Positions 40,987-47,898 of a stretch of 64,000 nt of DNA are shown here, piece after piece. Source of the stretch: a virus; IMG/VR virus record IMGVR_UViG_3300028384_000657, positions 10,152 through 74,151 of that record, one strand, 5' to 3'. Under the pieces are notes generated by a model. The model saw only the letters and a program-made list of their open reading frames with translations. It searched no databases and was not told the origin of the DNA. A program made the translations under genes and the position numbers. Each line of letters starts with the position of its first letter. Position 1 is the stretch's first letter.

Positions 40987-41230
40987 AGATGCTATCTATG
41001 ATGCAGCAGAACATGGTTGGGATGATCTTTTAGATAAGACAGACCAACCTGGTAACCCCTTTGCAGAAGACCTTTGGGAAATGGAAAAGAAAAAAGCACA
41101 ACAGCAAGAACGTAACACTCGACACAGTGTTGATAAGGGTAAAGATTTTATTGAATCTGGTATGACCCTTATCACTGATGTAGAATCTGACAAATACTTA
41201 AACAGAAATCGTAAAACGGTATCAGATTGA
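40949..41230 (+). CDS. Hypothetical protein
   Basis: Acidic ORF; start uncertain. Confidence 0.5.
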   Translation: MSQQEPSLDSLCEDAIYDAAEHGWDDLLDKTDQPGNPFAEDLWEMEKKKAQQQERNTRHSVDKGKDFIESGMTLITDVESDKYLNRNRKTVSD

Positions 41231-41254
41231 ACTACATTTATTGTGAATTCATGG

Positions 41255-41262
41255 TATAAATA
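41255..41262 (+). promoter_or_regulatory. T4-type late promoter
   Basis: TATAAATA. Confidence 0.7.
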
Positions 41263-41277
41263 TAAATGTAGCAATAC

Positions 41278-41293
41278 TGTATTAGTCGCTACA
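41278..41293. promoter_or_regulatory. Putative NtcA binding site
   Basis: TGTA-TTAGTCGC-TACA matches TGTA-N8-TACA exactly. Confidence 0.55.
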
Positions 41294-41310
41294 ACTTATA
41301 CGTTCATCCA

Positions 41311-41511
41311 ATGTTTAGTATCTTACTGGCATTGACCCTTGCCCATCATAATGACGGGTCACCTTATGGGTGGCACATGAGTTGTGAAAGGTTTCTACAG
41401 AGAAGAGTTGAAATCCTTATGGATGACAACTTAGATCGTCGCACCAAGTATAACCTTATTGGTTATCTTAAGTCGAAGGTAGAAGGTCAGTGTGATAGTA
41501 TGCTAATCTAG
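41311..41511 (+). CDS. Small protein inside riboswitch loop 1 (66 aa, C-x35-C)
   Basis: ATG 2 nt after CGTTCATCC; TAG overlaps GGACGCAA. Confidence 0.65.
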   Translation: MFSILLALTLAHHNDGSPYGWHMSCERFLQRRVEILMDDNLDRRTKYNLIGYLKSKVEGQCDSMLI

Positions 41512-41546
41512 GACGCAAGTAAGTCGCGGAACGGAGCGTTCATCCC

Positions 41547-41708
41547 ATGTTTGAGTTATTACTCTATTCTAATATTGCTTGTGCTGATGCTATCGAAATG
41601 ATCGAGCGTATCAGCAAACATGAGCATATGGAAGCAGCAATCAGGACAGAGCTTATTGAAGTAATTCAAGAAGCAACCCCCGAGTGTCCATGGGACGCAA
41701 ACGACTGA
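41547..41708 (+). CDS. Small protein inside riboswitch loop 2 (53 aa, C-x34-C, ends WDAND)
   Basis: MFELLLYSNIACADA...ECPWDAND*; below the ORF-track size cutoff. Confidence 0.65.
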   Translation: MFELLLYSNIACADAIEMIERISKHEHMEAAIRTELIEVIQEATPECPWDAND

Positions 41709-41774
41709 AGGAACGGGTAACGGATCCTCCGAGAGGAGAGAAGGTTAATCACCCTATTATTTCAGGAGTCAATT

Positions 41775-41942
41775 ATGAACACCCTCAATCTCATTAGAAA
41801 GCAGATCAATAAAGCATCTGCCCTTCACGACGCACAGATCTTTCATACCACATACCGTGGTGTCAAGTACGATGTAAACTGTGCTGAGCAAAAGGATGCC
41901 CATGGCACCTATTGCTATCGTGGACATGTCTATATCAAGTGA
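41775..41942 (+). CDS. DUF4278-like YRG peptide (55 aa)
   Basis: SD aggag; TYRGVKY and CYRGHVY. Confidence 0.75.
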   Translation: MNTLNLIRKQINKASALHDAQIFHTTYRGVKYDVNCAEQKDAHGTYCYRGHVYIK

Positions 41943-41949
41943 GGTAGAC

Positions 41950-42045
41950 ATGTTAGCACTACAAACAGTCGGATTGGTGTCTGTTGGATGTGTAGCATTC
42001 ATCGGCATGATCTATGGAGAACTTATCCTTTTACAAAGAGTATAA
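41950..42045 (+). CDS. 31-aa hydrophobic peptide
   Basis: SD gaggt; single TM segment. Confidence 0.55.
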   Translation: MLALQTVGLVSVGCVAFIGMIYGELILLQRV

Positions 42046-42057
42046 GGAGTAGGACAA

Positions 42058-42216
42058 ATGCTGAAGGTCAGACTCGAATATGACCTTCCAGAATTTGATC
42101 CAGCGAAACACGATCCAGATAAAACGTTCGCGTTTTTAACTTATCGTGGCATACACTATGCTAAATGGGTTAATCTAAAACCCTTTGGTAGCAAATCCTG
42201 GAAGATCAAATTTTGA
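42058..42216 (+). CDS. YRG peptide (52 aa)
   Basis: SD aggag/agga; LTYRGIHY. Confidence 0.7.
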   Translation: MLKVRLEYDLPEFDPAKHDPDKTFAFLTYRGIHYAKWVNLKPFGSKSWKIKF

Positions 42217-42225
42217 TTTCCACAC

Positions 42226-42250
42226 AAAGGACCCAAACGGGTCCTTTTTT
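42226..42250 (+). terminator. Intrinsic terminator
   Basis: AAAGGACCC-AAAC-GGGTCCTTT plus T-run. Confidence 0.85.
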
Positions 42251-42286
42251 GCTATCCTAAATAGGTACAACCTATACAGGAGAGTC

Positions 42287-42943
42287 ATGAAACTATTTCT
42301 GGACTGTTCTGACCCAGAACTTATTGCCTCTGCCTTCGAGACTGGTTTAATTGATGGAGCTACTACAAACCCCAGTCTTATGCTGAAAGCGGGTAAAGAC
42401 CCGATGCAAGTAATCAAAGAAATTTCCTCTATCTTCCCTTGGAATGCTTCAGTATCCGCTGAAGTTGTTGGAGATACTGCAGAGGAAATGCTTGATATGG
42501 CAGAAGATTATCTGGAGATCGGACCAAACATTACTATCAAAGTTCCCTGCACTATAGAAGGTCTAAAAGCATGTAGAGAACTTGCAGACGACGATGTACC
42601 TGTAAACGTAACACTAATTTTCAGCACGGCACAAGCATTACTAGCTGCGAAAGCGGGAGCAACATATGTTTCTCCTTTCGTTGGTCGTGTATTTGATCAA
42701 CACTGGGATGGAATTCACCTTATTGAGGAGATTGCAGATGTCTTCGCTACTCATGAACTCAAGACAGAAGTTCTTGCCGCTTCTATTAGAGAACCTGTTC
42801 AAGTCTCCGACGCTTTTAGAGTGGGAGCTGATATATGTACTCTACCGCTTCCCATCTTTTACAAACTCTATAAACATATTCTCACTGACAAGGGTTTAGA
42901 ACTCTTTGATCAGGATTGGAAATCGCTTCAAGAAAAATTGTGA
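42287..42943 (+). CDS. talC: Transaldolase (TalC/Fsa family)
   Basis: MKLFLD, GATTNPSL, IKVP, YVSPFVGR, AASIR. Confidence 0.95.
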   Translation: MKLFLDCSDPELIASAFETGLIDGATTNPSLMLKAGKDPMQVIKEISSIFPWNASVSAEVVGDTAEEMLDMAEDYLEIGPNITIKVPCTIEGLKACRELADDDVPVNVTLIFSTAQALLAAKAGATYVSPFVGRVFDQHWDGIHLIEEIADVFATHELKTEVLAASIREPVQVSDAFRVGADICTLPLPIFYKLYKHILTDKGLELFDQDWKSLQEKL

Positions 42944-42951
42944 GAAACTCT

Positions 42952-43101
42952 ATGACTAAAGAAGAAGTCGAAGTTCGGATTCTAAAGTTAAAGAATGAAT
43001 TATACGATGGATCCTGGAGTGCCAGGAATGGTGACTGGCATGATGGTGCCCACACAATGCTCAATCGAGTGTTGGATATTATACAAGAGTATCGTCTATG
43101 A
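42952..43101 (+). CDS. Small hypothetical protein
   Basis: WHDGAH..LN motif. Confidence 0.55.
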   Translation: MTKEEVEVRILKLKNELYDGSWSARNGDWHDGAHTMLNRVLDIIQEYRL

Positions 43102-43262
43102 ATAAAAAAAATTTAAAGACCCTCATTCATGACCTTGAGATCGCGATCACTGAACTCAAGGCAGAAGTTTACGCTGATCCCTCTGCTTACATAGATAAAA
43201 GTAGCGAGAGGACAGCGAGTAGCTACATTGAACAAAACGACGACGACGGAGACCCCGACTAA
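43098..43262 (+). CDS. Small hypothetical protein
   Basis: ATGA-coupled; ELKAEVYAD. Confidence 0.55.
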   Translation: MNKKNLKTLIHDLEIAITELKAEVYADPSAYIDKSSERTASSYIEQNDDDGDPD

Positions 43263-43683
43263 TTATGAAAACCCCTGGATTTTTAACGGACACCCTTTTC
43301 TATCTGAGGACATTGACGACCATTTCGGTTTTGTCTATTGCATTACAAACACACTCACTGGTAAGAGGTACATCGGGAGGAAGTACTTTCACCAATTACG
43401 AAAACCTAGAGGTGGAGGTAGGAGAGTTAAAAGTGAAAGCGACTGGAAAAAATACTACGGAAGCTCTAGTGAACTTACTGAAGATCGCAAACTCCTCGGA
43501 AATCTGGTCTTCAAACGAGACATTTTAAGCCTACATAAAACAAAGGGTCTCACAAACTTTGAAGAGACCCGACAATTATTTCTCAACAACGTACTTACGG
43601 AGGCTATGACAGATGGAACGCCTGCTTTCTACAACAGCAACATACTCGGTAGGTACATGCGAAAAGATTATTTCAACCCTTGA
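43228..43683 (+). CDS. GIY-YIG-like endonuclease family protein
   Basis: GFVYCITN...RYIGRK...YYGSS. Confidence 0.7.
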   Translation: MNKTTTTETPTNYENPWIFNGHPFLSEDIDDHFGFVYCITNTLTGKRYIGRKYFHQLRKPRGGGRRVKSESDWKKYYGSSSELTEDRKLLGNLVFKRDILSLHKTKGLTNFEETRQLFLNNVLTEAMTDGTPAFYNSNILGRYMRKDYFNP

Positions 43684-43708
43684 CCTAAGACCCTGAACCT
43701 GCTATACT
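43680..43708 (+). promoter_or_regulatory. sigma70-type promoter
   Basis: TTGACC-17 bp-TATACT. Confidence 0.7.
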
Positions 43709-43731
43709 TACAGGGTAGTTGAGGGACACCA

Positions 43732-43896
43732 ATGCACATCGACTTTGAACCTGAAACTGAAACCTCTCTTGAGGAACAGTATCTAGATCAACTCATCGAT
43801 CAACTTCACACTCTCGCTGAGAGAGGATTTGAAGAAGACGCTAAGCGTCTCAATGTGTCTATCAACTCTGCCCATAAGATTCTAATGGGTCAGTAG
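43732..43896 (+). CDS. Small hypothetical protein (54 aa); stop codon lies within the tRNA
   Basis: SD gaggg; MHIDFEPE...LMGQ*. Confidence 0.55.
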   Translation: MHIDFEPETETSLEEQYLDQLIDQLHTLAERGFEEDAKRLNVSINSAHKILMGQ

Positions 43897-43959
43897 TTCA
43901 GCGGATAGAACAACGCTCTTCTAAAGCGTTTGTCGGGGGTTCGATTCCCTCCTGACCCG
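43887..43959 (+). tRNA. tRNA-Arg(TCT)
   Basis: Acceptor GGGTCAG/CTGACCC; anticodon loop CTTCTAA; T-loop GGTTCGATTCC; no encoded CCA. Confidence 0.93.
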
Positions 43960-43998
43960 TTGCCCTTAAGGGCAAAACGGTCCATTGAGGAAAAGCAC

Positions 43999-44114
43999 AT
44001 GACTACAACACAAAAGTTCTCGTCCTGTCTCGAAATTCTTTATGAAGCTGTTGACAGGCAAGTGACACTTGACACCTTACTAAACTTGAACAAGACCTTT
44101 TTTATTATGATTGA
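43999..44114 (+). pseudogene. Internally deleted or frameshifted small hypothetical gene
   Basis: MTTTQKFSSCLEILYEAVDRQVTLDT in one frame; LTKLEQDLFYYD* in another. Confidence 0.45.
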
Positions 44115-45132
44115 ATCAGTTCTAAAGAACGAACTTTACATGGGTTACATCTTCGGTATCATGATACTTGGAGGTTTCATCCGAGAGTATCATGCGCTAG
44201 AAGATGTGTATTCTCTTGCTAAGAGATACATTACAGACAATAGAGTTCTGATTATGATTACCTCCCTACTGGGAGGTATTTTACCTATCCCTGGACGTGT
44301 TGCTCTTTCAGCACCACTCCTTGATGCCATCGCCCCGCCTGATAAGAAAAAGCGTTCTGCTTTCGGTGTGATTGATTACCTATCTACACACCATTACTAT
44401 TGGTGGTCTCCTCTGGAGAAAACTGTTGTTCTTCCGATGGCAGTCATGGGTATCACATACTCAGCATGGTTGGGTATGGTTGCTGTTCCTCTGATTATCA
44501 CTGTGGGATACACATGGTGGTATATCTTCAGCAAAGTTGACCCTAACAACTTAGATGTTCTCCAGAATGTTCGTGAGTTTAACTGGCGTCGTGCCCTTAG
44601 AGGTTGGGCTCCATTAATTGCTACAGTTATTCTCTTGCTGAATACAGGTAAGAGTGGTGCGATTTTCTTTTTCCCATGGTTTGGTATGATGTGTGCTTAT
44701 TACAGCATCATCTACAAAGATTGGAAGTGGGGACGCTGGATCGATGGTAAGTTTGCTATCGTTGCTACGATCGTCCTTGCCTTCAGTGGCATCGTTGGAC
44801 AACTCAACGGACCTGTCAAGGAATACTTGGCAAACGCACCTGTTGATGCTATACTACCAGCATCCCTGGTGGCGGCAGTCGCTGCTTTCATCATGGGTTC
44901 CTCTGGTAAGTATGCTGGCATGGCATCCATCTTGATCAAGGTCTTCGGTCCTCAGTATCTTGTCTGGTTCCTTGCCACTGAGTATGCTGGTTACCTCCTA
45001 TCACCAGCACACAAGTGCCTTATGATTGGGCAGCAATACTTCGGCACTCCAATCCGTAAATACTACAAAGTCATTGGCGGATTGTGTGCTATACTGATTG
45101 CATACGCAGGTCTCACTACCTTCCTTCTATGA
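44107..45132 (+). CDS. Multi-pass membrane protein, DUF401/IT-superfamily permease-like
   Basis: About 9-10 hydrophobic segments; GILPIPGRVALSAP; LLSPAHKCL. Confidence 0.7.
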   Translation: MIESVLKNELYMGYIFGIMILGGFIREYHALEDVYSLAKRYITDNRVLIMITSLLGGILPIPGRVALSAPLLDAIAPPDKKKRSAFGVIDYLSTHHYYWWSPLEKTVVLPMAVMGITYSAWLGMVAVPLIITVGYTWWYIFSKVDPNNLDVLQNVREFNWRRALRGWAPLIATVILLLNTGKSGAIFFFPWFGMMCAYYSIIYKDWKWGRWIDGKFAIVATIVLAFSGIVGQLNGPVKEYLANAPVDAILPASLVAAVAAFIMGSSGKYAGMASILIKVFGPQYLVWFLATEYAGYLLSPAHKCLMIGQQYFGTPIRKYYKVIGGLCAILIAYAGLTTFLL

Positions 45133-45602
45133 ACAAAGTTGAAGTTCTTCTTGAACGATTCCCCTATCGGTATGTCTCTGTTGGGGTGCTCGAAAACGGG
45201 CACCCTGACTACCGAATCCAAAAATTCGATGAATGGACTAAACGATACAAAGACATGTATCTTCTAGACAATTCAATTCAATTGGATTATGCCATGGAAG
45301 ATTTTGAATACACGAAATGGTTAACCATGACATCTTATCAAAAAGCAATCAAAGCACTCGAAAAATGCGTCAAAGACGCAATGGAGAATGATGTTGACCC
45401 TGGTCTCCAAATGGAAATCTGGCGTCATTATCAAGGCATGAAGGCAGTTGATCGTCAACTTCCTAAACCTCCTCGCTTCTCTTTCAAACTTGATGGAGTA
45501 GATAGGGTCTTTGATGAATATGATCCTGACTATAATATCCAAGCAGCACAACCAGTTGACTTGGGTGATACATATGGTAAGGACGTAATCACGTTCTCTT
45601 GA
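45129..45602 (+). CDS. Apparent fusion of two small hypothetical genes
   Basis: ERFPYRY...EYTKWL is in frame with a second ATG at 45327 (MTSYQKAI...). Confidence 0.55.
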   Translation: MNKVEVLLERFPYRYVSVGVLENGHPDYRIQKFDEWTKRYKDMYLLDNSIQLDYAMEDFEYTKWLTMTSYQKAIKALEKCVKDAMENDVDPGLQMEIWRHYQGMKAVDRQLPKPPRFSFKLDGVDRVFDEYDPDYNIQAAQPVDLGDTYGKDVITFS

Positions 45603-45700
45603 TCTTTGCCAATAGATCTAAAACTAAATGGTTTTAGGCGCGACAGAAGCAAATATTCCTAGTTTACTAACTAGGTGGTGGAGTCAAGTTGACCCTTATC
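45601..45700 (+). ncRNA. Candidate structured (pseudoknotted) ncRNA
   Basis: Hairpins GATCT/AGATC and CCTAGTT/AACTAGG, each followed by TGGT able to pair with the loop; ends at a terminator. Confidence 0.45.
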
Positions 45701-45701
45701 T

Positions 45702-45726
45702 GGGACGCTATATGCGTCCCTTTTTT
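45702..45726 (+). terminator. Intrinsic terminator
   Basis: GGGACGC-TATAT-GCGTCCC plus T6. Confidence 0.85.
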
Positions 45727-45728
45727 AT

Positions 45729-46289
45729 ATGAACTTATCTACATTTCTCTTAGATAAAATTGGATTAATTTGTGAGCAGATTCCTCCTGAAGAATTTGAG
45801 GAACTAACTGAATGTGCGTATGAAGGATTAGAAAATAAAATTCCTCTTGGTGATAATCAATCGATATCAATCAAGGAAGAGTATAAGATGCGTATTCCAA
45901 GAAGGTTTTCTGCTTGGATGACTAATACGGTTCATGAAAAGATGACACGTCATTGTCGTGAGTATGGTTTCTACAACATGCCAAGAGAGGGACTATTCAT
46001 TCCTATGATGTGGGTGAATAGAATGAAAAAGGGTGACCAACATCAAGTGCATCAACACAATAATTCATTGTACTCCTTCAGTGCATACATTTCATGTAGT
46101 GATAATGATGCTCCATTCTTTTTTATGCATTCGGATCACATTGAATATCTTCAAATCAATGAGTACAGTCGTGGGAATACTCTGATATTCCCATCTTTAT
46201 TGCCGCATAGTGTAGCAATGAAGACTAGTGACGGAGAAAGAATCAGCGTTTCAGGAAATATTGTTTTTGATTGGGGCTTGACAATGTAA
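45729..46289 (+). CDS. Putative 2OG-Fe(II) oxygenase
   Basis: MWVN, HQH, IFPSLLPHSV, RISVSGN. Confidence 0.75.
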   Translation: MNLSTFLLDKIGLICEQIPPEEFEELTECAYEGLENKIPLGDNQSISIKEEYKMRIPRRFSAWMTNTVHEKMTRHCREYGFYNMPREGLFIPMMWVNRMKKGDQHQVHQHNNSLYSFSAYISCSDNDAPFFFMHSDHIEYLQINEYSRGNTLIFPSLLPHSVAMKTSDGERISVSGNIVFDWGLTM

Positions 46290-46329
46290 AGAAATGCTAT
46301 ATAATAGTAACAGTTCTTTACATAAGACA

Positions 46330-46548
46330 ATGACCGTTACAACCAACGAACATGGTCAGAACAATATGTTCGCCCGCGAGCCGCAAATGTACATCGACAA
46401 GACCGAAGCAGAACGCTACGGTTATGAAACATATGCAGAACGTGCCGAGAAACTGAATGGTCGCACAGCGATGCTCGGTTTTGTGGCAGCACTTATTTCA
46501 TATGCTACTACTGGTAGTATCTTTTTCTTTGGTGCCTTCGGCATCTAA
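46330..46548 (+). CDS. hli: High-light inducible protein
   Basis: AEKLNGRTAMLGF; promoter TTGACA (46278)...TATAAT (46300). Confidence 0.92.
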   Translation: MTVTTNEHGQNNMFAREPQMYIDKTEAERYGYETYAERAEKLNGRTAMLGFVAALISYATTGSIFFFGAFGI

Positions 46549-46592
46549 TGATTCCCTCACTTTTATCACTAAATTTTTATAGGAGATTTACA

Positions 46593-46700
46593 ATGACACC
46601 TGAAGCAGAAAAGTTTAACGGTTGGGCAGCAATGATTGGTATTATTGCAGCATTCGGAGCATACGCAACTACAGGACAATTGATTCCTGGAGTATGGTGA
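46593..46700 (+). CDS. hli: High-light inducible protein (35 aa)
   Basis: AEKFNGWAAMIG...TGQLIPG; SD aggag; not in the ORF track. Confidence 0.92.
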   Translation: MTPEAEKFNGWAAMIGIIAAFGAYATTGQLIPGVW

Positions 46701-46705
46701 ACGAT

Positions 46706-46840
46706 ATGTTGGTCATAGCAGCGTCTCTCATAGGAGGATTTATAGTCGCATCCCTATTGAATGAGGACGTAGATGATGATGATCACCATGATGGCGGAAT
46801 GTTACAACCATTACCAGTCCAAGCACCTAACCCTACCTAA
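46706..46840 (+). CDS. Small membrane protein
   Basis: TM segment followed by DDDD..GGMLQP. Confidence 0.55.
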   Translation: MLVIAASLIGGFIVASLLNEDVDDDDHHDGGMLQPLPVQAPNPT

Positions 46841-46860
46841 ATAATTTCTTTGTATAGGAA

Positions 46861-47001
46861 ATGCTGACCGATCTCTATCAAGACATGGAAACCCTGAACG
46901 CTCTTTATGAAGAGTTATGCTGGAATCCAGAAACACCCTTAGAGTTTAAAGCAGATTACGAGAACGATCGTATTATCATCACGCTAAACAAAGATAAATA
47001 A
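46861..47001 (+). CDS. Small hypothetical protein (46 aa)
   Basis: DMETLNALYEELCW. Confidence 0.55.
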   Translation: MLTDLYQDMETLNALYEELCWNPETPLEFKADYENDRIIITLNKDK

Positions 47002-47066
47002 AACTGAATATCGTCGTCGCATGACAACGGGGTAACTGGCACAATCCAGTTGACACCCCGTTTTTT
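47001..47066 (+). ncRNA. Candidate small RNA / terminator hairpin (possibly abiF-like motif)
   Basis: TAAATA at 46995; ATCGTCGTCGC; long hairpin AACGGGGT-AACTGG...CCAGTT-ACCCCGTT plus T-run. Confidence 0.4.
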
Positions 47067-47092
47067 ATGCATTATACTATGAAGGTAGTCTC

Positions 47093-47683
47093 ATGAAACT
47101 AATGTCTATCGCAACAACTATTGGTGCCCTTACGATAGGAGCAGGTGCTCTTACTATAGGTATCCAGTCTGTTCCTGAGGCACCACCGCCAGTGGTTGAG
47201 ATTACCGTCGATGAATATGAACCTAGATGGACCTTACCTGGCGGTAGTCCCAACGAAAAATATGTCCTCGAACAACTACAAGAACACACCCAAATCACCG
47301 ATCGTAACGCTCTTGCTACAATCATGGGTAACATTAAACAAGAGAGCAAGTTCATTCCCAACATATGCGAGGGAGGGGATAGAGTTTCTTACTCTGATTG
47401 CCGTGTCGGGGGTTATGGTCTTATTCAATGGACAACCCTAGGACGCTATAATAATCTCGGTAAGTTCTGTGAGAAGTATGGTTGTGACCCTAGCAGTTTG
47501 GAAGGTCAAACTCGCTACATGATCAACGAATCTGTATTCCAAAAGGTTCTTCCTGATTTTGAAGGTCATGGGCAAACTGTTAGACAGTACATGGTGCCCT
47601 CTTACTACTGGTTAGGTTGGGGTATCAAGGGCAATCGTGAGGTCTATGCCTACGAGTATGCCCAAAACCTAGTTAAATTATGA
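47093..47683 (+). CDS. Phage tail-lysozyme-like cell wall hydrolase with signal anchor
   Basis: IMGNIKQES, GYGLIQWT; promoter TTGACA (47050)-17 bp-TATACT (47073). Confidence 0.75.
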   Translation: MKLMSIATTIGALTIGAGALTIGIQSVPEAPPPVVEITVDEYEPRWTLPGGSPNEKYVLEQLQEHTQITDRNALATIMGNIKQESKFIPNICEGGDRVSYSDCRVGGYGLIQWTTLGRYNNLGKFCEKYGCDPSSLEGQTRYMINESVFQKVLPDFEGHGQTVRQYMVPSYYWLGWGIKGNREVYAYEYAQNLVKL

Positions 47684-47706
47684 GTATTAATACTCTAATT
47701 TTTGTC

Positions 47707-47740
47707 TTGACGGGAAAATCGAACTCCTGTATAATAAATA
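47707..47740 (+). promoter_or_regulatory. Composite sigma70 and late promoter of psbA
   Basis: TTGACG-17 bp-TATAAT overlapping TAAATA. Confidence 0.8.
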
Positions 47741-47779
47741 GGTAAACAAATGTAAAGCACATCGCTTTTCCTTTATACT

Positions 47780-47885
47780 ACTCCCCGCAAACCGAGACCT
47801 CTAGGGAGTCAAAATTACGTCTCTCATACCTCTGCTTAGGGTGCAGAGGAATAGTAACTCCACCATGTCCCTGATGGTCTTACTT
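47780..47885 (+). ncRNA. PhotoRC-II-like RNA in the psbA 5' UTR
   Basis: ACTCCC/GGGAGT with GAGAC/GTCTC pseudoknot; CCTCTGC/GCAGAGG; ACCAT/ATGGT; AGGG/CCCT loop complementarity. Confidence 0.75.
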
Positions 47886-47898
47886 ATTCTTATTCAAA

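Larger units (their letters stand above)
41301..41716 (+). ncRNA. Double glutamine-riboswitch-like RNA (glnA/Downstream-peptide class) with ORF-containing P2 loops
   Basis: Two CGTTCATCC, two GGACGCAA and two GGAACGG blocks; E-loop AGTA/GAA; helix AGTCG/CGACT; upstream of YRG peptides. Confidence 0.7.

Noticed and set aside
41301-41716. Repeat-spacer-like pattern as a mini-CRISPR
   Set aside because: Only two short split repeats with ORF-sized inserts and no cas genes; better explained as glutamine aptamers.
42185-42286. ORF-track extension of talC
   Set aside because: Crosses a terminator; SD and the MKLFLD start are at 42287.
43228-43683. GIY-YIG ORF as a mobile homing endonuclease
   Set aside because: Short, with no DNA-binding repeat domain or intron context; looks like the conserved stand-alone family.
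43930-44106. ORF-track N-terminal extension of the permease
   Set aside because: Starts inside the tRNA; ATG 44107 is the plausible start.
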